Below are positions 37,572 through 47,061 of a DNA stretch of 64,000 nt, piece after piece. This stretch comes from Actinomycetales bacterium (GTDB taxonomy: Bacteria > Actinomycetota > Actinomycetes > S36-B12 > UBA5976). How positions within the stretch are numbered: position 1 is the stretch's first letter; each line of letters starts with the position of its first letter. Position numbers and translations under genes: made by a program. The notes below the pieces were generated by a model. That model had not been told where the DNA came from and did no database searches. It worked only from the letters and a program-made list of their open reading frames with translations. Location of the stretch: positions 1,768 through 65,767 of the forward strand of contig JAIXQF010000004.1 of NCBI GenBank assembly GCA_027484085.1. Reading direction: 5' to 3'.

Positions 37572-38735
37572 CTATTCACCCTCTCCAGTTGCTAGTGCAG
37601 GTAAGTTAAGGGCTTCACGAGCCATCGCATTACGAACTTCGCCATTGAATACAACAGCAGAACCTTGAACTACTTCATCTTCTTCATCAGGTGTAACTAC
37701 GCCTTCTGCAGTCATGAGAGTTAGCAGTGAAACAACGTTTTGTGAGTAAAGCTTGCTGGCATGAACTGCAAGCTGGCTAGCAAGATCTTTACAGCCAATC
37801 AAAGTTACAGATCCACCTGGAACATTCAATACAACATCTTCGCCAGCAATGGTGCCTTCTACGTTTCCACCGGATTCAGCGGCCAGATCAACAATGATTG
37901 CGCCGGGCTTCATTGAACTCATCATGTCGCTTGTGATTAAAGTTGGAGCCTTGCGACCAGGAACGGCTGCAGTTGTAATCACAACGTCAGATTCCGAAAT
38001 GAATTTCTTCAAAGCATCCTGTTGGGCCTTTGCGCGCTCTGGTGTCATTTCGCGTGCGTAACCGCCAGCGCCTTCAACTTCATCAAGACCAAGATCCAAG
38101 AAAGTTGCGCCCATTGACTTAACTTCATCCGCACTTGAGGCGCGAACGTCGTAAGCACTAACAATTGCACCAAGTCGACGAGCGGTTGCCATTGCTTGCA
38201 AGCCTGCAACGCCAGCGCCTAGGACTAGGACTTTTGCGGCCGGAATAGTTCCAGCTGCCGTCATTAACATTGGGAAAAACTTTGGTGCGCGTTCCGCGGC
38301 AATAAGTACTGTGCGATAACCGGCGCAAAGTGCTTGTGAGGTTAAGGCATCCATTGATTGGGCACGCGAGATGCGTGGCAGTACGTCAAAAGAAAGTGAA
38401 GTCACTTTCTTATCAGCCAAAGCCTTTACGGTTTGAGCATCGTTAGTTGGTGACAAAAATGAAATAGTGACCGCGCCAGACTTTAATTGGGAGATTGCGT
38501 CATTTTCTAAGGGACGAACAGAAGCCACAACGTCAGCGGTGCCAAGCGCAGAAGCACCTGCGACAGTTGTTGCGCCAGCGGATTTGTACTCGTCGTCGTG
38601 ATATCCCGAAGCTTGTCCAGCACCTTCTTGGATAGAAACAGTTAGCCCAAGCTTTATCAGCTTTTGGGCACCTTCCGGAGTTAAACCAACGCGACGTTCG
38701 CCCGCTCTGGTTTCCGCTGGGATAAATACCAACAT
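37572..38735 (-). CDS. pntA: NAD(P) transhydrogenase subunit alpha, part 1 (dI, NAD-binding)
   Basis: 387 aa. Alanine-dehydrogenase/PNT fold with VLVLGAGVAGLQA Rossmann motif. Confidence 0.93.
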   Translation of the reverse strand: MLVFIPAETRAGERRVGLTPEGAQKLIKLGLTVSIQEGAGQASGYHDDEYKSAGATTVAGASALGTADVVASVRPLENDAISQLKSGAVTISFLSPTNDAQTVKALADKKVTSLSFDVLPRISRAQSMDALTSQALCAGYRTVLIAAERAPKFFPMLMTAAGTIPAAKVLVLGAGVAGLQAMATARRLGAIVSAYDVRASSADEVKSMGATFLDLGLDEVEGAGGYAREMTPERAKAQQDALKKFISESDVVITTAAVPGRKAPTLITSDMMSSMKPGAIIVDLAAESGGNVEGTIAGEDVVLNVPGGSVTLIGCKDLASQLAVHASKLYSQNVVSLLTLMTAEGVVTPDEEDEVVQGSAVVFNGEVRNAMAREALNLPALATGEGE

Positions 38736-38781
38736 CAGTGTTTCCGCCTTAGATCAATTAGGTACGAGCCTAGGGTGATCC

Positions 38782-39570
38782 TTAATGTACCGCAGAACCA
38801 CGCTTGATTCTTTGGACCTGTTGGGTCGCAATAGTGATCAAAATGGCGGAAAACATGATCAAAGCAGCCCGTTGTGGAACCTTTTGACTCAGATAAACCC
38901 CAAGGAAAGTAGCCGGAACACCTGCTAGCCCGGTTAGTAGGGCGAATGCCTTATCTATGTTGCCTTTACGCAGATTTGAAATGGTTCCCGAAATTGCCGA
39001 ACCAACAATTACTGCCAAGCTGGTGCCTCGCGCAGTCAAGGAATCGATGCCGGAGGCGATGATCAAGGCTGGGACCATAACGATGCCACCACCAACGCCA
39101 AATAGTCCTGACATAACTCCTGCAAAAAATCCAACAACTACTAAGAAGAGAATTGCTGCGGTCCCCTCAAGTATCTGGTGAGGGTTTGATGACCAGATCA
39201 AACGTATCGCTGACAAATAAAGCAATGTTGCAAAACCTAGTTGCAAGAATTTGAGTGACACCTGCCCCAAGAGTCTTACGCCATAAAGCGCACCAAAGAC
39301 TGAACCAACTAAGAGTGCGGCTGTTGCTTTCCAGTCAACGTAGTCCGATGCTGCATATCCAATTGCACCAGCAGCAGCGATAGGCAACACTGCAGCAAGA
39401 GAAGTCGCGTGCGATCTACGTTGATCAAGTCTCATCCACAAGACGTAGAGCGGAACCATTAGGAAACCGCCACCTACGCCAAACATCCCAGCCAGAATGC
39501 CAGCAAGAATTCCAACAACTAAAGATTGTTGAACTTGGGTACGAGTGATGTTGGAAAAAATGTTATGCAT
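38782..39570 (-). CDS. TauE/SafE-family anion (sulfite) exporter
   Basis: Two repeats of MFGVGGGFLMVP / LFGVGGGIVMVP. ATG 39570 overlaps the upstream stop (ATGCATAA). The track start 39597 is also possible. Confidence 0.8.
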   Translation of the reverse strand: MHNIFSNITRTQVQQSLVVGILAGILAGMFGVGGGFLMVPLYVLWMRLDQRRSHATSLAAVLPIAAAGAIGYAASDYVDWKATAALLVGSVFGALYGVRLLGQVSLKFLQLGFATLLYLSAIRLIWSSNPHQILEGTAAILFLVVVGFFAGVMSGLFGVGGGIVMVPALIIASGIDSLTARGTSLAVIVGSAISGTISNLRKGNIDKAFALLTGLAGVPATFLGVYLSQKVPQRAALIMFSAILITIATQQVQRIKRGSAVH

Positions 39571-40312
39571 CCCGTTTGAAGAACATGGTTGCACCAATTA
39601 GATAGGCGCCAACCACCCAAGCTGCAAAAATCAATCCTGCATTTGGACTTTCCGCCACATTTGTTAACCATGCGCTTCCATTTGCGAACGGCAAGGCATC
39701 GACGATCCAATCCATTTTGCCATTTGCAAGCTGGGCGAACAATGAGATCAAACCTTCAATGACTGAAAAGGTCAGAAGCGGGAGCACAATTCCAAGTGCT
39801 AGGTTTCGAGTGATCATAGTAAGGCTCATTGCAATTAAGCAGTAGGCAAATCCAAAAACTAATACTTGCCAAAGTTCAGATGGTTCGCCACCGTTAATGC
39901 TTATGCCGGGACCTTCAGTTCCAATCGAACCCTCTGGTGCGATCGAGCCAATTACTCCAAGTACAGCCCAGCCCAAGAACGTTGCAATCGTTACGTAGAC
40001 AGCTAGAACTAAAGTCTTTGCCAGCACAACCCGTTCCCGCTTTGGAAATTCGGTAAGTGTCAGGCGAATAGTTCCGTAGCGATACTCGTGTCCAAAGAAC
40101 TGAGATGCAACAACGGAGATCATTACTAAACATAAAAAGTTTGCATTAGTACTGTACAAACCTTTCCAGGTTTGACCGTTGGAAATTTCTTCACCTAAAA
40201 ACAACGGCCCAGCACCGAGTAACCCAGTGATAACTAAATACACGAAAGTCATAATCCAAGTTGCGCGCACAGACCATAGGCGTCGCCATTCGTAAACCAA
40301 GTTTGCAATCAT
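39563..40312 (-). CDS. ABC-2-type transporter permease
   Basis: 249 aa, 6 TM helices. 4-nt overlap with the upstream ABC ATPase. Confidence 0.75.
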   Translation of the reverse strand: MIANLVYEWRRLWSVRATWIMTFVYLVITGLLGAGPLFLGEEISNGQTWKGLYSTNANFLCLVMISVVASQFFGHEYRYGTIRLTLTEFPKRERVVLAKTLVLAVYVTIATFLGWAVLGVIGSIAPEGSIGTEGPGISINGGEPSELWQVLVFGFAYCLIAMSLTMITRNLALGIVLPLLTFSVIEGLISLFAQLANGKMDWIVDALPFANGSAWLTNVAESPNAGLIFAAWVVGAYLIGATMFFKRDA

Positions 40313-41220
40313 GATGTTTCTCCTAGTCTGTATTCTTGACCAGATTCGGTGAGTTCAAGAAAAACTTGTTCCAAGCTCGCTGTGCGTGGTGATAATTCAG
40401 ATAGGGCGATTCCGTTTGTGAAAGCAATCTCACCAATGCGATCTGTGGTTTGCCCTGGGATCACGATAGTTCTCGCGCCATCTGTAGTAGAAGAAATTCC
40501 TTGCGCGCTCAATACCTCTGCAAGTTTTTCGCTTTCAGGGCTTCGCACGACAACCGCAGAACCAGTTGCGCGTGACAAGAATGCCGGCATTGATTCAGCT
40601 GCGATCAAATTTCCACGAGCTATTACAACTACATCGTCAGCCAGTAATTCCATTTCACTTAATAAATGGCTGCTAACCAAAACTGATTTACCAGTTGATG
40701 CGTAATTCTTTAGGAAATCCCGGAGCCATTGAATTGATTGTGGGTCTAGGCCATTTGCCGGCTCATCCAGCATCAGCACCTGTGGATCCGCAAGTATCGC
40801 GCCAGCCAGGCCAAGGCGTTGACCCATGCCAAGCGAGAAGCCGCCGGGGCGTTTCTTGGCAACCGACTCAAGACCAACAAGCTTTAGAACTTCGTGAACT
40901 CGAGCCTTGCTAATACCAGCTTCAGCACCCAACATTCGAAGATGCGCATAAGCACTGCGCTTCGGGTGAAAGAACTTTGCATCGAGATGAGCTCCGATTG
41001 TGCGAGTTACCGGTAAATGACTTGCAAGTTTTTTACCGTCATAAAGAGTTTCGCCGCCGCCATTGTCTAAGCCCAGCATCAATCTCATGGTGGTGGATTT
41101 GCCAGAACCATTAGGCCCTAAGAATCCAGTAACACGGCCAGGCTCAACTGTGAAGGAAAGGTTCTTAACTGCATGAACGCTACGAAAGTGCTTATCTAAA
41201 TTGATTGCTTCAATGCGCAT
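40309..41220 (-). CDS. ABC transporter ATP-binding protein (ABC-2/DrrA-like)
   Basis: 303 aa. Walker A GPNGSGKST, signature-like FSLGMGQR, Walker B LMLDEP. Confidence 0.9.
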   Translation of the reverse strand: MRIEAINLDKHFRSVHAVKNLSFTVEPGRVTGFLGPNGSGKSTTMRLMLGLDNGGGETLYDGKKLASHLPVTRTIGAHLDAKFFHPKRSAYAHLRMLGAEAGISKARVHEVLKLVGLESVAKKRPGGFSLGMGQRLGLAGAILADPQVLMLDEPANGLDPQSIQWLRDFLKNYASTGKSVLVSSHLLSEMELLADDVVVIARGNLIAAESMPAFLSRATGSAVVVRSPESEKLAEVLSAQGISSTTDGARTIVIPGQTTDRIGEIAFTNGIALSELSPRTASLEQVFLELTESGQEYRLGETS

Positions 41221-41263
41221 ATTTTGAGTCTAACGGACTTGCTTTGAACAACTGACGAATTGA

Positions 41264-42427
41264 CTAGCTGTCTTCGTCCTTTTGTTCTTCATTGAGTTCT
41301 AACGGTAATTCAGCAAATGTGTTTGAGATCATGATGCGACCACTCGCAAAACGATTCAATAATTCTTCTACTGAATCTTCAGATTCTTTAAGGTGCTGTT
41401 GTGCCGAATCAAACCAAAGCTTTCGTAATTCATTGATTCGATTCTTTAGTTCAATAAAGATCTCGTTGTTCGCATCTAGTGAGGAAATCACATTGTTGCG
41501 ATATGCAGCCGCAGCATTACGAAGTGTCGCGGCCTCTGCTTGAGACTTTGCTAAGGCATCGCGCATAATCTCATCGGCCTTGGTCTGCGCTTGCGAAACG
41601 ATTTCTTCGGCCTTGGTTTCCGCCTGTTGCAATTTAGCCTGCGCGTCAGCCAGTGCCGAAGCATGAGTGTTGCTTGCCGCTTCCGCCAATGCGCGAGCGT
41701 CAGCACTTGCCTTCTCAATCATTGATTGCGCTGCATTGGTCGCTTCGGTTTGAAGTCGCTTTGCTTCGGTTTGTGCTTCTAGCAATTGGGCACTTGTGAT
41801 CTTTTCAGTTTCACTGCGAAGTTTGCTGGACTCCAATTCGATAGCAGTGCGCTGAGCCTCGATTTCTTTGTCGAGCTTTTGCTTAAGTGCTTCTGATTCG
41901 CTAACAACTTCATTGGCACGACGGGTTGCGTCTTCAAGAAGTTTTGCGATGACTCTTTGGTTCTCTGAAGCCTGGGAATCCGCATCGTTTTGGGTTGCTT
42001 CGAGTAATTGCGCAGCTTGGTCGCGAGCAGTCTCAATAGTTGCGGTTGCTTCGGCGCGAATCTTGCGCGCATCCACATTTGCTGCTTCACGAGTTTGGCG
42101 AGCGTCAAGTTCACAACTTGCGCGAATTTGTTCGCGCTCAGATTCTGCTTGCTGCAAAGTGTCAGTGGCTTGCTCGATTAACTTTCCAGCACGGAGGCGA
42201 GCCGCACGGATAATTACGGCAGCATCTTCGGCAGCAATTTGAGTTAACGCATCTTCGTCCATATCAATGAAACTTGGACGGCCAACGGCGCCTTCAAGTT
42301 CTGCGATACGACTTTGCAGGGCGCTTATGGTTGCGTTTGCACTTGAAAGATCCCGCACAGCATTTGAACCAGCATTGCCAGATTCATCACTTTTGAAAAA
42401 GCGACCTAAACCCTTGCTATCACTCAT
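41264..42427 (-). CDS. Long coiled-coil protein (function unknown)
   Basis: 387 aa dominated by Ala/Glu/Gln/Lys/Arg heptad-like repeats (AEATATIETARDQAAQLLEATQ...). No enzymatic motif seen. Confidence 0.55.
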   Translation of the reverse strand: MSDSKGLGRFFKSDESGNAGSNAVRDLSSANATISALQSRIAELEGAVGRPSFIDMDEDALTQIAAEDAAVIIRAARLRAGKLIEQATDTLQQAESEREQIRASCELDARQTREAANVDARKIRAEATATIETARDQAAQLLEATQNDADSQASENQRVIAKLLEDATRRANEVVSESEALKQKLDKEIEAQRTAIELESSKLRSETEKITSAQLLEAQTEAKRLQTEATNAAQSMIEKASADARALAEAASNTHASALADAQAKLQQAETKAEEIVSQAQTKADEIMRDALAKSQAEAATLRNAAAAYRNNVISSLDANNEIFIELKNRINELRKLWFDSAQQHLKESEDSVEELLNRFASGRIMISNTFAELPLELNEEQKDEDS

Positions 42428-42511
42428 GAGAATCCTTCAATTAACCCGTAGGAACAGGATAAGGGCAGTAGGGCTAACTTGAAAATCCCTTTTGTCCGAA
42501 TCTAGGTCGCG

Positions 42512-44422
42512 CTAGCGAGAACGGGATCCGCCACGAGATCCGCCAGATCGACCTTGTGGTCGTCCGCCGCCGGAACGGCTAGGCCCACCTGGTCGACGAC
42601 CGCGAGCTGGTGGTTCTGCAGGCGGTTTCCAAGCAATTCCCGTTGGCTCTTTGGCCCCAGTAATTGCAACTAATTCCTTGGACATTGGCTTAACTTTGAC
42701 CACTTCTGGATCTACTCCAGCGCGAGAAGTCATTGCAGTTACTGCCTTTTGCTGACGTGGGCCGATCATGGTGACAACGGCGCCAGTCTCGCCCGCGCGA
42801 GCGGTGCGGCCAGCTCGGTGCAGGTAGTCCTTGTGGTCATTCGGTGGATCGATGTGAACTACCAAGCTGACACCATCAACGTGAATACCACGAGCTGCAA
42901 CGTCAGTTGCAACTAGAACATCGGTGATTCCTTCTTTGAATGCATTCAAAGTGCGAGTACGGACTGCCTGAGTTTTGCCACCATGCAGTGCGCCAGCTGG
43001 CACACCCTTATTGGCAAGGTCCTTGGCAATGCGATCTACGCCAGCTTGAGTACGAGCAAAGAACATGGTCTTGCCCTTGCGGGAACCAATCTCAGCCAAG
43101 ATCGCTGGCTTGTCTTCACTATATGTAATGAATAAGTAGTGCGTCATTGTCTTAACTGACGCTTTGCCCGAGTTAGTTGCATGCTCGACTGGATCATGCA
43201 AATACTTACGAACGATCTTGTCGACATCAGCATCAAGGGTTGCACTAAATAGTAAGCGCTGGGAATTTGGCTTTGTCATATCCAAAACTTCAACAATCTG
43301 TGGCATGAATCCCATGTCACACATTTGATCAGCTTCATCAAGAATTGTGATCTCGATTTTGCTTAAGTTGATATGACCTTGCTCTACCAAGTCATTTAAG
43401 CGACCCGGTGTTGCAACCACGATTGGGACACCACGCTTGAGCGCATCAATTTGCTTTGCGTATGGCATACCGCCAGCAATCAATCGAATATCTAGATTGA
43501 CTGCTTGGGCGTATGGCATCAATGCGTCAGTTACCTGCATGGCAAGTTCCCGGGTTGGTACCAAAACAATTCCAAGTGGATGCTTCGCAGTTGCCTTGCG
43601 ATGCGCTAGGCGGGTAATCATTGCAAGACCGAAAGCCAAAGTTTTACCAGAACCAGTTTGCCCGCGACCTAAAACGTCACGACCGCTGATTGCATCTGGC
43701 AAAGTCTTTGCCTGGATTGGGAATGGAGAGTCAATACCTTGACGCTTTAGCGTGCTCAGCAAATCAGTTGAAACACCTAACTCGGCCCAGCTGCTTGATG
43801 CCGTATCTAATGCAACCTCTGAAGTGTCTTCTGACATCGCGCTCTTGCTGCTTACGCGCTCAGTCGTTGCCTTCTCGCGTGGCAATCGAGACTTTGGTGC
43901 ATAAACTTCGTCACGCTTTGTTCGTGGTGCGCGAGCTGGAGCTTCGTCTCTATATGAACGTGGTGCCCGAGTCGGCGCATCATCACGACGACCACGACTT
44001 GGTGAAGCATCATCACGACGGGCGCGTGGTGCGCGGGTTGGTGCTTCGTCGTTGTATTTGCGTGGAGAGCGAGCTGGACGGTCGTCTTCGTAGCGACCAC
44101 GAGTTCCGGCTGGCTTTTCGCCACCCTTACGCTGCGGTTTTCCGGAAGGATTCCAAACATCATTACTGCGCTTAGCTCCACGAACTTCGGCGCGCGGGGA
44201 TTCAGCGCGGCTACGAGCATCGGGATCGCGTGGCTCGCGAGGTGCGCGAGATTCGGCCTTTGCTGCCTTGGAGTTTGGCTTTGCGCGCTTCTTCGCAGCA
44301 GTAGTTTTAGCCGCGGCATGACGAGCCGAACCAGCTTTTGGCTTGGATTCGGTTTCGCGGGAGCGGTCCCGTTCGAGCTTTCGGGCGCGCGGCTTTTTCT
44401 TAGGACTTGATGGAGTGGACAT
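42512..44422 (-). CDS. DEAD-box RNA helicase with Arg-rich disordered N- and C-terminal extensions
   Basis: ATG 44422 (MSTPSSPKKKPR, behind GAAGG) is preferred to the track start 44515. Q-motif, GRGQTGSGKT, DEAD (ILDEADQM), SAT, HRAGRTARAG. C-terminal RGG-type tail. Confidence 0.9.
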   Translation of the reverse strand: MSTPSSPKKKPRARKLERDRSRETESKPKAGSARHAAAKTTAAKKRAKPNSKAAKAESRAPREPRDPDARSRAESPRAEVRGAKRSNDVWNPSGKPQRKGGEKPAGTRGRYEDDRPARSPRKYNDEAPTRAPRARRDDASPSRGRRDDAPTRAPRSYRDEAPARAPRTKRDEVYAPKSRLPREKATTERVSSKSAMSEDTSEVALDTASSSWAELGVSTDLLSTLKRQGIDSPFPIQAKTLPDAISGRDVLGRGQTGSGKTLAFGLAMITRLAHRKATAKHPLGIVLVPTRELAMQVTDALMPYAQAVNLDIRLIAGGMPYAKQIDALKRGVPIVVATPGRLNDLVEQGHINLSKIEITILDEADQMCDMGFMPQIVEVLDMTKPNSQRLLFSATLDADVDKIVRKYLHDPVEHATNSGKASVKTMTHYLFITYSEDKPAILAEIGSRKGKTMFFARTQAGVDRIAKDLANKGVPAGALHGGKTQAVRTRTLNAFKEGITDVLVATDVAARGIHVDGVSLVVHIDPPNDHKDYLHRAGRTARAGETGAVVTMIGPRQQKAVTAMTSRAGVDPEVVKVKPMSKELVAITGAKEPTGIAWKPPAEPPARGRRPGGPSRSGGGRPQGRSGGSRGGSRSR

Positions 44423-44530
44423 TAAAACCTTCTTTGGGGAATGTTCTAACGGTAGGCGAGAAACGGCACAAAACCTAATCGCCATGGCGGTTTTAAAGGT
44501 TTTGTCACTGCCCAATGGGAGACTTACCTT

Positions 44531-45751
44531 ATGGACGCCACCTCACTTATTGTCATTGTCTTAGTCACCGCAGTAACTACTGCTGCAATTGTCGGACTCG
44601 TGGTGAGTCGTGCAATGAAAAATCAAGGTGGTTTGTCAGCACAAGACATTCGCCAGCAAGTCGCTGATGCTGCACGTGAACAGTATTTAACAACAGCCCA
44701 GATGCTCGAAACATCTACTGAAGCTCGGTTGCAAACAACGACTACGTCTGTTGCCGAACAAAGTCGTGCGGCTTCTGCTTCAATTCAAGAAATCATCAAA
44801 CCACTTGGCGAAAGTCTTAAGGCTCTCGATGAAAAAGTTGGAGTACTCGAAAAAAATCGTGCTGAAGCATACGGAAAGTTAAACGAGCAGGTTACAAACA
44901 CCACTGGCTTGTTGGACTCACTTCGCGCTGAGACCACAAACCTTTCTAGCGCCCTGCGTCGAAATGATGCACGTGGCCGCTGGGGCGAACTTCAATTGCG
45001 TCGCATTATTGAAATGATCGGTTTGTCTGAACATGTTTCATTCGATGAACAAAAGCAGCAAGTAGGTTCCGGTTCCGGTCGTCCTGACATCACAATTCAT
45101 CTTCCAAATCATCGAGTACTTTATGTCGACAGTAAAGCTCCAATGAATTCATACTTCGATGCCGTTGAAGAAGTAGATGCTACTCGACGAAAAACTTTGA
45201 TCGAGGCACATGCAACAGCACTCAAAGGACACATCAAGTCACTTGCCAATCGCAATTACATTGACGATAAAGAATCGCTCAACTACGTGATCATGTTTGT
45301 GCCAACTGAATCTTCATTAGCTGCCGCCTTTGAGGTTTACCCGAACTTAATCGAAGAAGCAGCGCAAGTGAAAGTAATTCTAACTTCGCCTACTTCACTT
45401 GTAATTGCACTAAATACCATCGCGATGCTTTGGCAAGAAGATACTCAAGTTCGTAACGCACAAGAAATGATTAAGGAATCAAGCGACCTTCATAGCAGAT
45501 TGATTACTTTCATTAATCACTTCACTAAAGTTGGCGACAACTTAAAGCGATCCATTGATTCTTATAACGGTGCCGTTGGATCATTCGATGGCTCAGTGAT
45601 TCCAAAGGCAAAGGCCGTAGAAAAGCTTGGACGTTTCACAGATGAATTGCCGACTGCAGAAAAAGTAGAAGTTGATTTGCGAGAGTCAAAGTATGCAACT
45701 CATGAAACCCAACTGGGACTGGTTTCTGATTCAGACGAGGAATCTGCATAA
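44531..45751 (+). CDS. rmuC: DNA recombination protein RmuC
   Basis: 406 aa. N-terminal TM helix, coiled-coil, then RmuC nuclease-like core (GRWGELQLRRIIE...RPDITIHLP...VDSKAP...MFVPTES). Confidence 0.9.
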   Translation: MDATSLIVIVLVTAVTTAAIVGLVVSRAMKNQGGLSAQDIRQQVADAAREQYLTTAQMLETSTEARLQTTTTSVAEQSRAASASIQEIIKPLGESLKALDEKVGVLEKNRAEAYGKLNEQVTNTTGLLDSLRAETTNLSSALRRNDARGRWGELQLRRIIEMIGLSEHVSFDEQKQQVGSGSGRPDITIHLPNHRVLYVDSKAPMNSYFDAVEEVDATRRKTLIEAHATALKGHIKSLANRNYIDDKESLNYVIMFVPTESSLAAAFEVYPNLIEEAAQVKVILTSPTSLVIALNTIAMLWQEDTQVRNAQEMIKESSDLHSRLITFINHFTKVGDNLKRSIDSYNGAVGSFDGSVIPKAKAVEKLGRFTDELPTAEKVEVDLRESKYATHETQLGLVSDSDEESA

Positions 45752-45844
45752 CCTTCTGTTATTCATTAACTCCAGCACGGTCGAGTAATCCTATAAAGCA
45801 GTCAGCATCCATAGCCTGGCCAGATATTGCCGTACGGTTACACC

Positions 45845-46543
45845 ATGATCACATCTGTTGAAGAAGTAGCGAATGCAGAAGCACTAGTCGCCCAATTTGT
45901 TGAAGGCCTTAGTGATGAAGAGGTTGCTGCGAATTCCCTGTTGCCCGATTGGTCACGCGGCCATGTGCTATCTCACTTAGCTAACAATGCTCGTGGTCTT
46001 TCAAACCTAATTGAATGGGCCCTTACCGGCACTCAAAAAGATATGTATGTTTCTGTTGAGCAGCGTGGATTAGATATTGAAAATGGCGCCAAGCGACCTG
46101 GGAAAGAAATCGTTGCAGACTTTCTGGAACAGTCCAAAGTATTTGCAGAAAACCTAGAGCGGTTGATGACTGGTCCGTTGCTAGCAGATGAAGTTGTGCT
46201 GGGTAATGGATCCCATGTTCATCCACATGAGATAACAACATTGCGCGAACGCGAATTGCTAGTTCATCTTGTGGATTTGGGACTTGAATATAAAGCAAAC
46301 GACTGGACATTTGATTTCTCAATAAAGACTTTAAAGAGTGTCAGTGCTGGGAAACGAAAAGAGCGAGTGAATTTCAGACTCTTGATTGCTGGTGATCACA
46401 CCTGGACGGGCGACCAAAATGGCATGGTTGACATATTTGGCACACCACAAAGTTTGGCTGCTTGGTTGATGGGTCGTGAGCCCGATGACAAACTTGTAAC
46501 TTCTGATGGTTCACCACTTGGCAAACCGCCAGTGTGGCTTTAA
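45845..46543 (+). CDS. Mycothiol-dependent maleylpyruvate-isomerase-family (DinB-fold) protein
   Basis: LLPDWSRGHVLSHLANNARGL is the DinB/MDMPI N-terminal metal-site pattern. The track start is TTG 45827, but I prefer ATG 45845. Confidence 0.72.
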   Translation: MITSVEEVANAEALVAQFVEGLSDEEVAANSLLPDWSRGHVLSHLANNARGLSNLIEWALTGTQKDMYVSVEQRGLDIENGAKRPGKEIVADFLEQSKVFAENLERLMTGPLLADEVVLGNGSHVHPHEITTLRERELLVHLVDLGLEYKANDWTFDFSIKTLKSVSAGKRKERVNFRLLIAGDHTWTGDQNGMVDIFGTPQSLAAWLMGREPDDKLVTSDGSPLGKPPVWL

Positions 46544-46575
46544 AGTCGAATTAACCTCAAGGGAGATGGGTCTTT

Positions 46576-46788
46576 ATGTCTGAGCAGAAACCAACTATCA
46601 CCGTCCGACCAAATGGATCATTGCGAGTTAATGGCGCCACATTGATCGGTGCAGATGGAAATGTAATTACTGACAAGGAAACTTTTTCACTTTGTCGTTG
46701 TGGTCATTCAAAAGATAAACCATTTTGTGACGGCGCTCATCGCGAAGCTGGCTTCGAAGACTCGGGCGAACACGCTCCCGTTGAATAA
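46576..46788 (+). CDS. CDGSH-type iron-sulfur domain protein
   Basis: 70 aa. CRCGHSKDKPFCDGAH is the CDGSH [2Fe-2S] signature. Confidence 0.85.
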   Translation: MSEQKPTITVRPNGSLRVNGATLIGADGNVITDKETFSLCRCGHSKDKPFCDGAHREAGFEDSGEHAPVE

Positions 46789-47048
46789 TGGAGCTTTCAG
46801 ACCTTAAGAAACGTTGGAACGAAGTTCTTGACGAGTTAGAGGCAACCAACAGAATTGCTTGGTTGGTGTTTTTTGACGCTCGATTGGCAAATTTAGTTGA
46901 TGGCAAATTGACTCTAGATTTTTCAGATGCCAACAAGTTTCCTGATGGGCACGATCTAAAGAGCGCGGTTTCTTCCACGCTTTCAGAATCTTTAATTGAA
47001 ACCATCAAGAACGTGACCGGATTAACGGTCACTTTGGAATACAAATAG
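46788..47048 (+). CDS. Small protein resembling the C-terminal domain of DnaX (DnaA-N-like pattern)
   Basis: 86 aa, TAATG coupling to the CDGSH gene. KKRWNEVLDELEATNRIAWLVFFDARLANLVDGKLTLDF aligns by eye with [41 protein letters not shown] of the dnaX product in this window. Confidence 0.5.
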   Translation: MELSDLKKRWNEVLDELEATNRIAWLVFFDARLANLVDGKLTLDFSDANKFPDGHDLKSAVSSTLSESLIETIKNVTGLTVTLEYK

Positions 47049-47061
47049 TCAAGGATTTTAG

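Noticed and set aside
43690-44319. 161-aa forward and 155-aa reverse alternative-frame ORFs in the 5' part of the DEAD-box gene.
   Set aside because: They arise from the repetitive Arg/Pro/Asp-coding low-complexity DNA. The helicase frame is continuous into the conserved core.
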